From assembly GCA_951406725.2 (NCBI GenBank), contig OX597822.1, forward strand, positions 57,660,001 through 57,724,000: a stretch of 64,000 nt of DNA. The letters are read 5' to 3'. This DNA comes from Octopus vulgaris (lineage: Eukaryota). Positions 39,596 to 52,488 of this stretch are shown here, one piece after another (positions within the stretch are counted from its first letter, which is position 1; each line of letters begins with the position of its first letter). The notes beneath the pieces were generated by a model that worked only from the letters and a program-made list of their open reading frames with translations, had not been told where the DNA came from and made no database searches. Both the position numbers and the translations under genes were made by a program.

Positions 39596-41043
39596 GTAAG
39601 TAACAGTGAATTTCTACCAAGAGTGTGGATGGGTTACTTATTCATCATCATCATCATCATCTAACATCCGTTGTCCATGCTGGCTTGGGTTGGATGGTTT
39701 GACCAGCTGGCACACTGGAAGGCTGCACCAGACTCCAGTTTGATTTCACGTGGTTTTCTATGGCTGGATCTGTTTATTGCTATTCGAGTTTTGGTTGAAG
39801 ATGATGGCATAGCTAATATAGAGAGCCTGGAGAGATGCTGCTTTGCAGCATTAATCCCTTGGCATTCAGATTACCCTATCAGATGTAATGCTCATTTATT
39901 CATGTTACTTTGAATTACATATTTCATAGCTAATGAATGATAGGATTGCTTATTTTTAAAATGATATTATAGGGTAGGTGGGAAAAGCCAAATCTGGTTG
40001 GTTTGATTGTAAAAGAAGTAGAATATTTGAGCCAGATATAGCCAGTTTAAATGCTAAAAGGTTGTTTTGTGATTCACTATTTGGAATTTTAATTGTATTT
40101 GGGTGAACTTTTTTTTAGAGAGGCATACCTAGGTACATGAGTCTGTGCGTGTACATGCACAACCTTCAAATTTATTCATCTTGCTTGAACGTGATTAATT
40201 TCCAATATCATCCATCGTCATTCATCATGCATTATTTAATATCCTGTCTTCCATGCTGGCTTAGGTAAGACTGTTTGACAAAGAACCAGCGAGCTGCAGG
40301 GCTGTGTCAAGCTCTAATATTATATTTGGCATTCCTGACCATAAAACCACATTGCTTCAAGTGTCTTGCTAAATCAGTTTTTCAGCCTTTGGGCATATAT
40401 CTTGATCTTTAGTGAAGTCCAGTTGTGGTTCCTTCCCAGCTACGTGATTCCAGTTTCAGTCCCACTGCATGGTACGTTGGGCAAATATCTTCTACTATAG
40501 CCCCAGCCAACCAAAGCCTTATGAGAGGATTTGGTAAACAGAAACTGAACTGTTGGTTTGTTTATGTCCCTGCAACTTAGCTGTTTGGCAAAAGGAGGCT
40601 GGTAAAATAAATACCCAGCTTAGAAAAAGAGGTACTGGGGTTGATATGATCAACTAAATCCTTCTATCCACCAATGTTTATCCAAAGGAAAGGCCAATGA
40701 CTTGGTCTTTGGTCTATGCAACTATTACTGTCAAAACACAAAGAACCAGGGTTAATACTGCAGCCCATCTCACCTGACCCTTAACAGTTCCATTAATCCA
40801 TTGGCCTCAATTGGGTTTTTTTTTATCAATCCTAAAAGGACAGAATTGACTTCCCATTAGAGAGGTAAATTTTGATCTTTTTACTTAATCATTTGGACTT
40901 GTAAATAAAGTTTTATTTTATATAACATATTTTCACTTTATTTTCTGTATTTTATTTAAACTTTGAACTCAACTCATTTCTAAACATTTTGCTGACCTTC
41001 TGCAAACATAAGTAAAGCAATTTATAATTTTGTATTGTTTCAG

Positions 41044-41176
41044 GATTTCATCAGACGTTGTATTGAACGAGATCCTCAGAAAAGGCCAGGATCCCGTGAA
41101 CTGCTTTTTCATGCTGTACTGTTTGAAGTACACTCCTTAAAACTGCTAGCTGGAAACTGCTTTGTAAAAAATTCAT
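41044..41176 (+). CDS. NRBP1: NRBP exon (end of pseudokinase domain, Elongin BC-box)
   Basis: tgtttcag|GATTTC...AATTCAT|gtaagc; 133 nt; DFIRRCIERDPQKRPGSRELLFHAVLFEVHSLKLLAGNCFVKNS vs NRBP1 RPTARELLFHPALFEVPSLKLLAAHC. Confidence 0.95.
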
Positions 41177-41628
41177 GTAAGCAACTTTTTTTCCCCCTTG
41201 TTTTTACAACAGCAACAAATATAAAGGTTAATTGTTATTTTGATAGATTTATTTGTAACAGAGTTAGCAGGAAAGGGATCCAGTGACATCATGCCAGATT
41301 GTGCTACTTTAGTATACTGAGAGTCACTGTTTGTATCCATCACCGTGAGAAGTAAAACTTCCATCACAAGGGACCAATCTATGTAGAAACTTGTTTTAAT
41401 TGTTTCCGTTCTTGTTTCCACTTTACTTTTGAAAGATATAGCTCTGCTGCTACATAGCAGTCTTTCATATTACTGGATATTACTATACCTGTATCTCTAT
41501 ATACCATTGCCTCTTATTACTCACTATGACGGTCACTCTTTCTCTATGTCTCATGTCTCATGTTAACAAACAATATCATAGTTACATTAGTGCTCTACTA
41601 CTAAGCAGATTTATAGTTGGCATGTATA

Positions 41629-41772
41629 CATCATCATCATCATCGTTTAGCATCCGTTTTCCATGCTAGCATGGGTTGGACGGTTCAACTGGGGTCTGTG
41701 AAGCCGGAAGGCTTCATCAGGCCTAATCAGATCTGGCAGTGTTTCTACGGCTGGATGCCCTTCCTAACGCCA
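41629..41772 (-). mobile_element. retroposon family C 3' fragment
   Basis: (cat)n then cgtttagcatccgttttccatgctagcatgggttggacgg...ggatgcccttcctaacgcca. Confidence 0.8.
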
Positions 41773-41834
41773 GGAAATTTTTGAAATCTTCATATCAAAC
41801 GTTTCAATAATTTCTTATATTTATTCTTTTCCAG

Positions 41835-41940
41835 ATATTCTCCCAGGCAATATGGCAGAAGAAGCATATTTACCAAAAACTGATCCCTCCAAGGTGATTG
41901 CAGAGATTAACTTCAAAGAACATGGTTTTATGCAGTGGAA
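41835..41940 (+). CDS. NRBP1: NRBP exon
   Basis: ttttccag|ATATTC...TGGAA|gtaagt; 106 nt; (Y)ILPGNMAEEAYLPKTDPSKVIAEINFKEHGFMQW(K); phases fit both neighbours. Confidence 0.88.
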
Positions 41941-42287
41941 GTAAGTGAAATAGAAAAGAGGAAATTTTTTTTTATTTTAGAGGAGAGTCTCTGTCCAGTC
42001 TTACATTTAAATTTTGTTTATCAAATGATTTTCATATTCAAATATGTTAGTTCTTTGTAGACATTAGCTGTTAGTAACTGTTAGGTCCCAGTAGATGTTG
42101 GTTCCGAATGTAAGTTGGGAGTTGTTAGTTTCCAGTCGACTAAATCCACAACCCTATTTCAGACACCATTGATGTATTTCGTAAAAAGTATGAATGTTAC
42201 TATAACTTAGCACACAGTCAGTTATGATGGCAAGTGTTGCAGTTGATCCTGTCAACAGGCCAGCCAGATCATGAAATTAACATATTT

Positions 42288-42775
42288 CTTATTTCTTAAT
42301 TGCCCACAAGGAGCTAAACATAGAGGGGACAAACAAGGACAGACAAAGGGATTAAGTCGATTACATCAACTCAGTGCATAACTGGTACTTAATTTATCAA
42401 CCCTGAAAGGATGAAAAGCAAAGTCGACCTCAGTAGAATTTGAACTCAGAACATATCGGCAGACGAAACACCGCTAAGCATTTAACGTTTCTGCCGCTCA
42501 CCACCTTCATGCTGGCATGGGTTGGACGGTATCTTTCCTAAACGCGGCAAACTGGCAGAAACATTAGCACACCAGGTGTAATGCTTAGCAGTGTTTCATC
42601 TGCCTTTACATTCTGAGTTCAAATTCTGCCAAGGTTGACTTTGCCTTTCATCCTTTCGGGGTCGATTAAATAAGTACCAGTTACGCACTGGGGTCGATAT
42701 AATCAACTTAATCTGTTTGTCTGTCCTTGTTTGTCCCCTCTGTGTGTAGCCTCTTGTGGGCAGTAAAGAAATAAG
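42288..42775. mobile_element. inverted pair of SINE family A variant copies, nested in another SINE
   Basis: 42288-42482 is the reverse complement of 42579-42775; minus-strand family D-like sequence follows to about 42945. Confidence 0.85.
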
Positions 42776-43896
42776 TTCTCAGGGAGATTCAGTGTGACAC
42801 AGAATGTCACAAGGCTGGCCCTTTTGAATTGCAGGTACAACTCATTTTTGCTAGCTGAGTGAAAGAAAGTGTCTTGCTCCCACCAGGTTTTGAACTTGCA
42901 CCCTTGTGATTACGAGCCAAATACTCTAACCACTAAGCCACATGACTTCGCTAAACGCTACTATATCCCATGTATACTATGAATTTATGAATCTTGCCTT
43001 CTGTGTTAAATCAATGTACCAGTCTCAGTTGCATGGTTGGATGGCTAAACTAAGAATATAACCCAGTTATATATATTCCACTTACATGCTTCGACAAAAC
43101 ATGAGTGTTCACTATGACACATTCTCTTCTATGATAGTTCTGAAGTCCATGCTTCTTTCATTTAACCAAACATTTTATATTATTCTCTCTTCATTCTGTC
43201 TAGTGTTTACTTTTGTAACGATGTCTGGTACCAAAAAAAATATTACAGCTACTTTCATTGTTTACAATCTTCTGTACCGGTGTATCTGTGTACACCAAGA
43301 CATAAACAAAATGTTAAAAAGGCTGAAGGGTCAGACAAAAATGCTGTGCCAGTGTATCAGTAGATAACCATGTTGTAATGATTTCTTGTACCAAAAGAAT
43401 TATTACAGCTACTTTCATTCTTTACACTCTTCTGTACCTGTGTATTTGTGTATGAGTAAATAATCATGGGTAAATATTTCGTAAAGGACCTGTTCGTACC
43501 TCAATGTGAAATAATTTTTTCCCACAGGTTTTTTTTCAAGTGCATTCAACATATGACCTCCAAACCCGCCACAAGGCACTTTTTTTTTTTCCAGAGAAGA
43601 CGTGGGGTGGGGTCGAAAAATTATTTCACAGCAAAATATTTGCAGGTCCTTTATCACAAATAGCTGTTACGTGGTAGTAGGGTATGCTAGAAATAGCAGT
43701 TAAATCTTTCCTTTCCTGGGGAAAGGAGCAATTTATGCATGATTTCAATGTCACATTGGTTGAAAGTATGTGAAATAACCTGGAAAACAAAAACAAAAAC
43801 CCATGAAACATAATTCCATTGGTGGGAAGCTCTGAGGTCCCCTCCTCCTCCTCCTTTTCTGGAAAAAGTGACTTGCAGCAGGTTTGGAGATCAGAT

Positions 43897-44278
43897 ACTC
43901 TTTACTCTTTTACTCTTTTACTTGTTTCAGTCATTTGACTGCGGCCATGCTGGAGCACCACCTTTTAGTACTTATTCTATCGGTCTCTTTTTGCCGAACC
44001 GCTAAGTGACGGGGACGTAAACACACCAGCATCGGTTGTCAAGCAATGCTAGGGGGACAAACACAGACACACAAACACACACATACAAACATATATATAT
44101 ATACATATATACGACAGGCTTCTTTCAGTTTCCGTCAACCAAATCCACTCACAAGGCATTGGTCGGCCCGGGGCTATAGCAGAAGACACTTGCCCAAGAT
44201 GCCACTCAGTGGGACTGAACCCGCAACTGTGTGGTTGGTTAGCAAGCTACTTACCACACAGCCACTCCTGCGCCTATA
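43897..44278 (-). mobile_element. SINE family B
   Basis: closely similar to 29030-29476, with an internal deletion near 43965. Confidence 0.88.
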
Positions 44279-46045
44279 CATTGAATGCACTTGAAAAAAA
44301 TTCGTGGAAAAAAATTATTTCATACCGAAGTACAAACAGGTCCTTTACAATATATATTTACCTAGCCATGCCTAGAAGGAAGGTGTCAAATTACACTACA
44401 AGCAAAGAGTACTGCTTGTTTAATTATATGAATATAACATGTTTTGTTTGTAACAAACTAATAAAACTCAGTATATATCTTGTCATGGAATTGTAATGCT
44501 TGTATACATATTTTTTAATCCTTAAAAATGTCAGTTTTCTAACCATGTTGTTATTATCCAATGAAGGTCAAAGCATTGCTAGAGTCAGTGTAGGGCTTCA
44601 GAAAGTACTTTGGAGTAATTAGTTTCATTCTGAGTTCAAATCCTGCCACAACTAACTTTGCCATTCTTTTCTCCTAGATCAGTGTAATTAACTGCACCAT
44701 CCTCCAAAATTTGTGACATTGAACCTGCTAGAAATCATTATATTTAACGAAATCACACTGAGGCCTATTTATTTATTTATTTCCTCTAGGATTGGTAATA
44801 TAAATACCAATTATGCATTAAGGGCAAATCAATTAACTCTTCCTCTCCCGTCAAATTTATGGTCTTGTACTAATGAAAAGTTATTTAGAGTAATGAAGTT
44901 GGCCTAAGAAACTTTCTAAATGCAGCCACTCACTTTTGATTTCCAAATCTGTTTGAGTTAACTTTAACCGTCCTTTTTCTGGTGGTAGATAAAATATATA
45001 TCAGCGATATACAGTAATCAGTTGCAGTATGAAGTAGAATCAATCACATAGTTATCTCCCTTAGAATTTTTATCTTACAACAAAACGCACGTTTCATATA
45101 TTAATGACAACAATATCTGCTTGTGTTATGTCATTGTTAATGGAATTGTCAATAAGAGAAGGTTACTTCAGTCAGAATCTATTCTCTCATTTTCTTTTGG
45201 GTTCAGACTATTTAATCAACGCCTGTTTGTTACCATGGTAAGTAAGACTGGCACAGACAGATTAATTAATATTTTTCTCTGAGACACCAACCATTTGGCT
45301 GAGGTAGAGCTAAACTAGAAATGTTACACACAAACATAGGCTAATCTGGTGCATTATATTATCATTTGTCATCTTTAACTCTTTTTCCCATGCTGGTATT
45401 GGTTGGACAAAACTTGGTATTCTACAGCTTCCTGGTGTATCTCTTATTTTCAAGTATGCGACTTTATTCTGTGTCTTCACAGAAACTGCCAAACTGCTGG
45501 ACTATTTGTTTATGTGGGACATTGATCTTGTCAGCATTGGCCGAATGACATCAGTGGTAAGACGTGGAGATGCATGCATAAGCACACACCCAGCTTGTGT
45601 TACTGTCTCTTTGCCTTGGCATCATGTGCTAGTTGTAAATGAGTCTCACCATCATGCAGGCAATGTCCTTCATTTCCAATCTTCCACGAAAAGATGTCTG
45701 GCCATGGGGAAATATTAACTTACTTCAAATAGATGATGGTTGTTGACAGGAAGAGCATCATTCTATAGAAAATCTGCTTCAGCAAATTCTGTCCAATCCA
45801 TGCAAGCATGGATAAGTGGACTTTAAAAGTGTGTGTATGTATATATATAGGGGGGGAGAATTTACAAAAAAAACAAAAGACGAAGACAGGTGGTGTAGAC
45901 AACAAACAGATGTATTAGTATAACGCTCAGGAAGTGAAAAAGTCTTTTACGTTTCAAGCCTATGCTCTTCCACTGAAAGAAACAAGGAGAGAAAATAAAG
46001 GATGTGTAGTGGCTAGCAATCTGTCTATGGCAAATATATATATAT

Positions 46046-46490
46046 ATGAGGGGGAGTCAAAAATTATCTGCACTTTCACCATAGCATGACTTCATTATTG
46101 TCAGGCTGTCTTTTGTGCATGCATGCTTATAGTTGGTACTATTGTGCTCACATGATCAAAGTTTGAGCCTGATCACACCATTTTCTTTCTGGCTTTATAG
46201 TGTAAGCATGGCTACATCACTAGCAATGTGCACCAAAGTAGAACAAAGTGCAGTGGTCCGATTTCTCTGGTCGAAAGGTGTGTCCGGTGCTGGAATTCGT
46301 TGGAGGCTTTTAGCACGATTACCATCTCTTGGGTCACTGCTCTTTGTTCTTCTTTGGTGCACATTGCTAGTGGAGTGGCCATGCTTACACTGTAAAGCCA
46401 GAAAGAAAAATGGCATGATCAGGCTCAAACTTCGATCATGTGACCACAATAATACCAACTTATAAAGCACACATGCACAGAAGGCAATGT
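46046..46490. mobile_element. mariner-derived foldback element
   Basis: tatgagggggagtcaaaaatt terminus; MATSLAMCTKVEQSAVVRFLWSKGVSGAGI resembles a mariner transposase N-terminal HTH; 46105-46260 is inverted at 46331-46488. Confidence 0.8.
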
Positions 46491-46695
46491 AACAGTAAAA
46501 AACTATGTTATGGGTGTGTGTGTGTAGATTATTATAAGAGAAATTATTGTTTCAGTTCATTCTCCAGTTTAGAGATTAAGGTATCTTTCATCAAACATTT
46601 TGTTTCTTGTTTTACTGTTTTAGTCTTGAATGTCTAAAAGGGTTCTTTGATCCTACTTTAAACTTTAACTTTTTTTTTTCTTTTTTCAATTTCAG

Positions 46696-46746
46696 ATTTA
46701 GTCAAGTCGGCTCAATTGAATTAGAAAAATTTTTAGAAGATGTCCG
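46696..46746 (+). CDS. NRBP1: NRBP exon
   Basis: atttcag|ATTTAGT...GTCCG|gtaagt; 51 nt; FSQVGSIELEKFLEDV(R) vs NRBP1 LELDKFLEDVR. Confidence 0.93.
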
Positions 46747-47129
46747 GTAAGTTGAAATTGTATTGTTTTATGATTAGTTGAAAAAAAATCTAGTCTCTGT
46801 CTATCAATTTTGGTATGTCTTTTGAGGGTTTTTTGCTTTTTCTTTTTCAGCTATTGTATATCTTAAAGAAGGGAGGACACATTGTTTAATGTATTCTTTA
46901 TTTCTACCATTCACCCCATGTTTTTTAGTTATGTGTCTTGAATATATACCAACTTGATGTCATTTGCTATGTATATGCAAAGCAAATATATTTGTTGGGA
47001 TATCTGCTTTTTGCTCAAGTCTATTGAATTAAGATTTTTGCTAAGTTATATTTAATTTTATAATTAAATAAAAAATTTCACTTGCCAATACATGCAACTA
47101 TAAAGTGGTTTATTTATTTTTGTTTCTAG

Positions 47130-47436
47130 AAATGGAATTTACCCATTAACTGCCTTTGCATTACCTCGCCCCCCGCCCTCACGTCCTCGTGCCATTACTC
47201 CTGAACTAGCTGAGTCTGTCAAATCAGAGACTCCAGAACCTATGGATGTTGAAACACGGATGGTAACTAACATGGCATGTCAGATGCGAAAGACAGATGA
47301 GAATTGCAACTTGAATTTAACTCTTCTACTACGTATGGACGACAAAATGAATCGACAGTTACAGTGTGAGATCTCTCAAGAGGACAATGCTTCTACTTTA
47401 GCTGAGGAACTGGTACATTATGGCTTTATAAATGAG
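47130..47436 (+). CDS. NRBP1: NRBP exon (Pro-rich linker and C-terminal CCT-like domain)
   Basis: tttctag|AAATGGA...AATGAG|gtacat; 307 nt; NGIYPLTAFALPRP...TPEPMDVETR...LTLLLRMDDKMNRQLQCE...LAEELVHYGFINE. Confidence 0.95.
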
Positions 47437-48332
47437 GTACATATTTTGTCTTTGTATTGGTGAATTTTGTCTGCTGTATTAGTGCATGTTTGTGTGTTTG
47501 ATTTCACTGCTACAATACAGCCTACCATCATTCACAGATGTATTGGTTTGCTAATATGTATTTAATGAGCAGACACAGGCACTCTCTCAAGCCTTCACTC
47601 TTGACTTGGCAAAACATTTATGATGTGACAGATGCAGGAGAGAGGGTTACTCCAGTACTCAGTCTGGTACTCTTTACAGCTGAGAAGTTAAAATAGCCCA
47701 TATGAAAACATTTTGTTTGCTGGTGCTATTTAGTTTGTTTTTTTTTTTAAAGAAAGAGATGTAACCCTATAATACCTGTTCAGAATGATTCTTGCTACTT
47801 CAAATGGTTTTATGGGAAGAAAACAACAGAACTGAAATTTTGTACTTATTGAGAATATTTGTATGCATCAAGCTATTATAATATCTTGGAGGTTGGTGCA
47901 GAATTATGGGCGTTTGAAGTGTTTGTATGTATGCATGTTAGCCAGTAGGTGTATGGATGAAAGGAAAAAGCACTTAATATGTGTGATGGGGTTTATTTAT
48001 ACTAACAGTTAAGCTTGAATGAATTATTTGAAGTTTTTATAGATACAAGAAAAAGCATGCCTGATCATTCAGATATTTACTTTTGATTGTTGAGGCAGTC
48101 ACAGCTTCTAGATAAGGCTTATTGGTATTGGATTGATACTCGGCCAGTTTGGATCATGTGATGAAATAAATATTTCAAGCCACTCTCACCATCCAGTGTC
48201 ACTCAGCTGTACCTAGAACTTATGACCACTTCAGCACTCAAAAATAAGTGTCTGAATGACCAGGAGTTTTTTTTATAAATCACTGAGTCTAAGCTGTTAA
48301 TACAATTATATGAAATTTACTCTTATAGATCT

Positions 48333-49355
48333 AACTAGCAATGCACCCCGGCATTGCCCAGGTGTTATGACCTACAGTGACATTGTATTATTTGTTTCTT
48401 TCTTAGGGGTAGAATCAGCACAGCTGATATATATTGAACAGGATTACTGGCGTAATGGAAGTTATTGTTTGTTTAAAAGTGAAGAGGGTAGGGTACAGAC
48501 TGCATGAAAATGCTTTCTGTTCTTAAGAAGGATCACAAACTATGTATTGTTTCATCATATAAAAGGGGGTTAATACGATTTTGCCCAGAAATCACATTTT
48601 CAAAATGTTAGTTTCCCCCCTTCCCCCCATCTCCATTGCAATTACCTAATTTCTAACTTTTTTCAAATTTTTTTTTATTCTATCCACGTAGAAAAATACA
48701 GAGATTACAAATTTGAGAAATATATTTTTTTTTAAACTTTAATTTTTCTTAAAAAAACACTCCAATGCCCCTTCCTCCATTTCGCCCATCCATCACCTAC
48801 CCACTTTCAAAAAGATGAAATCTCCCAATGTTTCATGAAATAGCAGACGTAAAAATACCAGACCACCACCAGAAAACCCGACATGCTAGAAACAACAGGT
48901 AAATGACATTATTTCTGAAGAAACTTTGCCACTTTCCAAAAAGCTAAAAGTGAAACATTGGGAGTGTGTAGCTTTTTGAAAGTAGTGCGGTGATTGGTGG
49001 ATGTTTGAGAAGAAAAAGGAAGAAATTTGTTAAAGGTTCATACTCTTTTGATTTCTTCGTGGATTACCAAGAAAAAGAAATTTGGGAAAAAAATAAAGAA
49101 TGAAGAATTTGGGGTCATAAGGGAGAAAATTAAAATATTGAGAACCTGTTTTGGGGATGAAATCCAAATCTCCTGTATCGAAAACATAGGAATCAGAAGA
49201 AATTTAAGGAAAAAATAAGGTGGGGTGCAAATGTCACCTCAGACATGCTAGAAGCAACAGGTAAAGGACAGGATTTCTGAGAAAACTTTCTTCTAAGTTT
49301 ATATCAAAGATTAGGTTTTTAAATGCGCTCATCACAAACACAAATTATAGAATAG
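48333..49355 (+). mobile_element. Helentron/HINE-like non-autonomous element
   Basis: starts aactagcaatgcaccccggcattgcccagg (actag plus subterminal palindrome); internal direct and inverted repeats; ends near acaaacacaaattatagaatag. Confidence 0.45.
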
Positions 49356-51127
49356 GAAAAGGTTATTTCAATTGGATTTGAGCTGTAATTTTGCATGTGC
49401 ACACAGCAAGAAATAATTCGGACAGAAGTCTTAACCTAGTGTGTGTGTGTGCCAAAGAAATTATTTTATGGCATTCTTTCATTTGAAGCAGCAAAGTTGT
49501 TGATTTGATCATATGGGATCATATGATTGTTTGTTAATTTCCATAAAAAAATTTTTTATTTTGTTTATCCTTTGAAGAGAGGAGAAAATGAAAAGGCAAC
49601 ATTTACTTTGAAGTGACAGCAGAATGTGAGAGATGTATGCACATGTATATGAGATGAATATGTGTGCGTGAGTGAGTGAAGGTGTGTGTTATCATGTATG
49701 AATTTTTTTGCATGCATAAGTGGCACTTACTCTCTCTTTCTCTCTCTCTCTCTCTCTCACACATCTTTTATTTACATGTACATAAATACATATGCATACA
49801 TCTTTTTTTTTATGTGTGCATATGAGAGAGAGAGTGAGTGACTGTATTTCCTCATAACATAAAGGGAAATGGATGTCTTTTAACGAAATTTTTGTGACTT
49901 ATTTTAATGCAATATTTGTTTGTACATTTTCATAACTGTTCATCTGAGTAGAATTTCTATGTATGCGTGAAACATTGGTTGAAAGTGAAACAGAAGCTTG
50001 TGTAACCCGACCTTGTTTCCAAGGTTATTTTAGTAGTAAAAAAAGAGTTGTTGTGCCAAAAACAGTATATTTGGTAGATAGATGATGAGCAGCTTTCTTT
50101 ATTATAGTACAGATGTGACTAATTCAGAGAAACATTACTTTAATTATTCACACATTATTACTCTCATAATTTAACACTTAGTAATTTTGGTTCAAATTGA
50201 AAGTGTGAAACTATTTTCACCTTCTAATGAAACCTGGTCATTGTAGAGCAGTGTATGTCAATTAACTATTGCTGGTTGTTGAGATGATGTAGAAAATATG
50301 AAAAATGAAAATAAAGTTTATTTGATATCTGAAAGATTACTGAATCTTTTGATATCCCACATGTCAAAATCGGCAACTCAGTTTTCGAATGCATAAGGAA
50401 CATATGCACACACACACACATGCAAACTCTCTTTTAGAGGAGATGAAGGAGAAGTAAAGAGCCAGTTCTTCACTTTGTTTCTCTGTTGCTTTCTCTGCCC
50501 TCTCACACCCTCATTGGCATTATGCACAGACATACTAATACACAGATATCTGCTAATATATACATATAGATGAGTCTCTGAAATACATTCAAGGGTGTTA
50601 TCTCAAGCACGAATTAGAATATCATGCTTTTCATGGGGATCACCTACCCATGAAAAGTATGATGGCTACTTCATTAAATGTGGGCTCATTAAAATGGCAT
50701 AAAATGTCCTTTACTATAATTTACTATAGACATAACAAATGCAGAAATACACACACACAGACACATAGACACTCATAGAATTGATAATATTGAAAACAGC
50801 AAAACATACACACACGAAGTTCAAGAGCAACTAAATGTAGTCAGTATAGGTGCAAAACATACTTTCTGTAGCATAGTTATGATAAAATCTTTTTTAGGGA
50901 ATGTTGTCAAAAGAAATACTCCAGCGTCGGAAAGTCACCAATTTGGCAAAAGTTACTATACTTTCTGTAACAAAGTACAGAAAGTCAACATTTATTAGGA
51001 ACATGAAGTAAATGTTATTAAATTCAAGATTCAATGCCACGGTGAAGAAAGTCAAGCGCCAAGAAAATTCAGAAGGCATAATTCAATTTTTCATACAAAA
51101 ATATTTTATTATTTTTATATTTTATTG

Positions 51128-51603
51128 TACCAGCGTCGCCTTATTGGCACTTGTGCATGTGCTAGTAGGGTGCTAATCCGAGCGTGATCATTACCAACGT
51201 CACTTCACTGGCTTCCATACCCGTGGCACGTAAAAGGGCAACATTCAAGCATAATCATTACCAACGTCACTTCACTGGCTTCCATACCCATGGCACGTAA
51301 AAGGGCAACATTCAAGCATAATCGTTACCAACATTGCTTCACTGGCACCTGTGCCAGTGGCACGTGTAAAAAGATTCGAGTGAGGTCGTTGCCAGCACCA
51401 CCTGACTGGCGCCCTTGCTGGTGGCACGTGAAAAGCACCCACTACACTCTGAGTGGTTGGCATTAGGAAGGGCATCCAGCTGTAGAAACTCTGCCTAATC
51501 AAGATTGGAGCCTGGTGCAGCCATCTGGTTCACCAGCCCTCAGTCAAAATCGTCCAACCCATGCTAGCATGGAAAGCGGACGTTAAACGATGATGATGAT
51601 GAT
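51128..51603 (+). mobile_element. retroposon family C with an array of about 65-67 bp units
   Basis: units at 51191 and 51258 nearly identical (67 bp), further diverged units either side, then family C 3' end and (gat)n tail. Confidence 0.85.
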
Positions 51604-52488
51604 TTTACAATTTTTAGACGAAAACTTAACAAAGTGTATAGAAAGGAATATGTTGCTGTTGTGAATGTTAATTAATTAAAAACATTTGCTAAAGGATGTA
51701 TGTAGCAAGACATAAATTAGACATCACTTACTATATATTTTAACTGTGTAAGATTATAAGGTTGTAGAATAAATACTGAGTAATGAAAAAAAAAAAGATT
51801 GCGCAGTGTTAAATACTCACACTGATAAAGCAGCATAGTAGGAATACAATAAGGATGCTAGGACTGTTAAAAAAAAAAGTATTATCTTCAAACTGGTTAT
51901 AAGGACCGGAATAAAATTTCTGTAATTATATTGAAAGAGCTGCTAAGACTTTCTACTTTGCCAAGTTTCTGAATTTGTTGATATAACCAGAAGAAAAAAT
52001 GTTTTCAGATATATTTGCAAGTATTGTGAGTGCTCTCAAATCAGCCGTATCTTCATGCTGGTTATAAAAACCAGAATAATATTTCAGACCATAAGTAGTG
52101 ATAATCATTAAGGCTGTTTAAACTGCAAGTCTCCATGATGAAAAGGAAAATTCAAACAGTGGTACTTCAAAGTGAATGCTGCTGTTCATTCAACATTCAG
52201 GCCGCTAAACTAAACTCTTTCAAAATCAGCGTGTTTCACTGTTGGGTGGTACAGTAACATACATATACAAAAACAGACATACATTCACGTACACCTCAGG
52301 TCTATCTCTATCCTCTGTGTCTGTCTGTCTTTGTGTGTGTGTGTGTCTGTGTGTCATAATTAAGTAAAACAATGTGAATAAATAAGCATTACATGTGACA
52401 GAGTAACCTGAATGCTAAAGGGTTAAGCATTATAGCATTTAAAAAATATATAGGTTTTAACATTATCTTCTTTGCTTTCCTTTTTCAG

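Noticed and set aside
51191-51430. Regular repeat array superficially like CRISPR
   Set aside because: Contiguous tandem units without unique spacers, inside a eukaryotic retroposon, no cas genes
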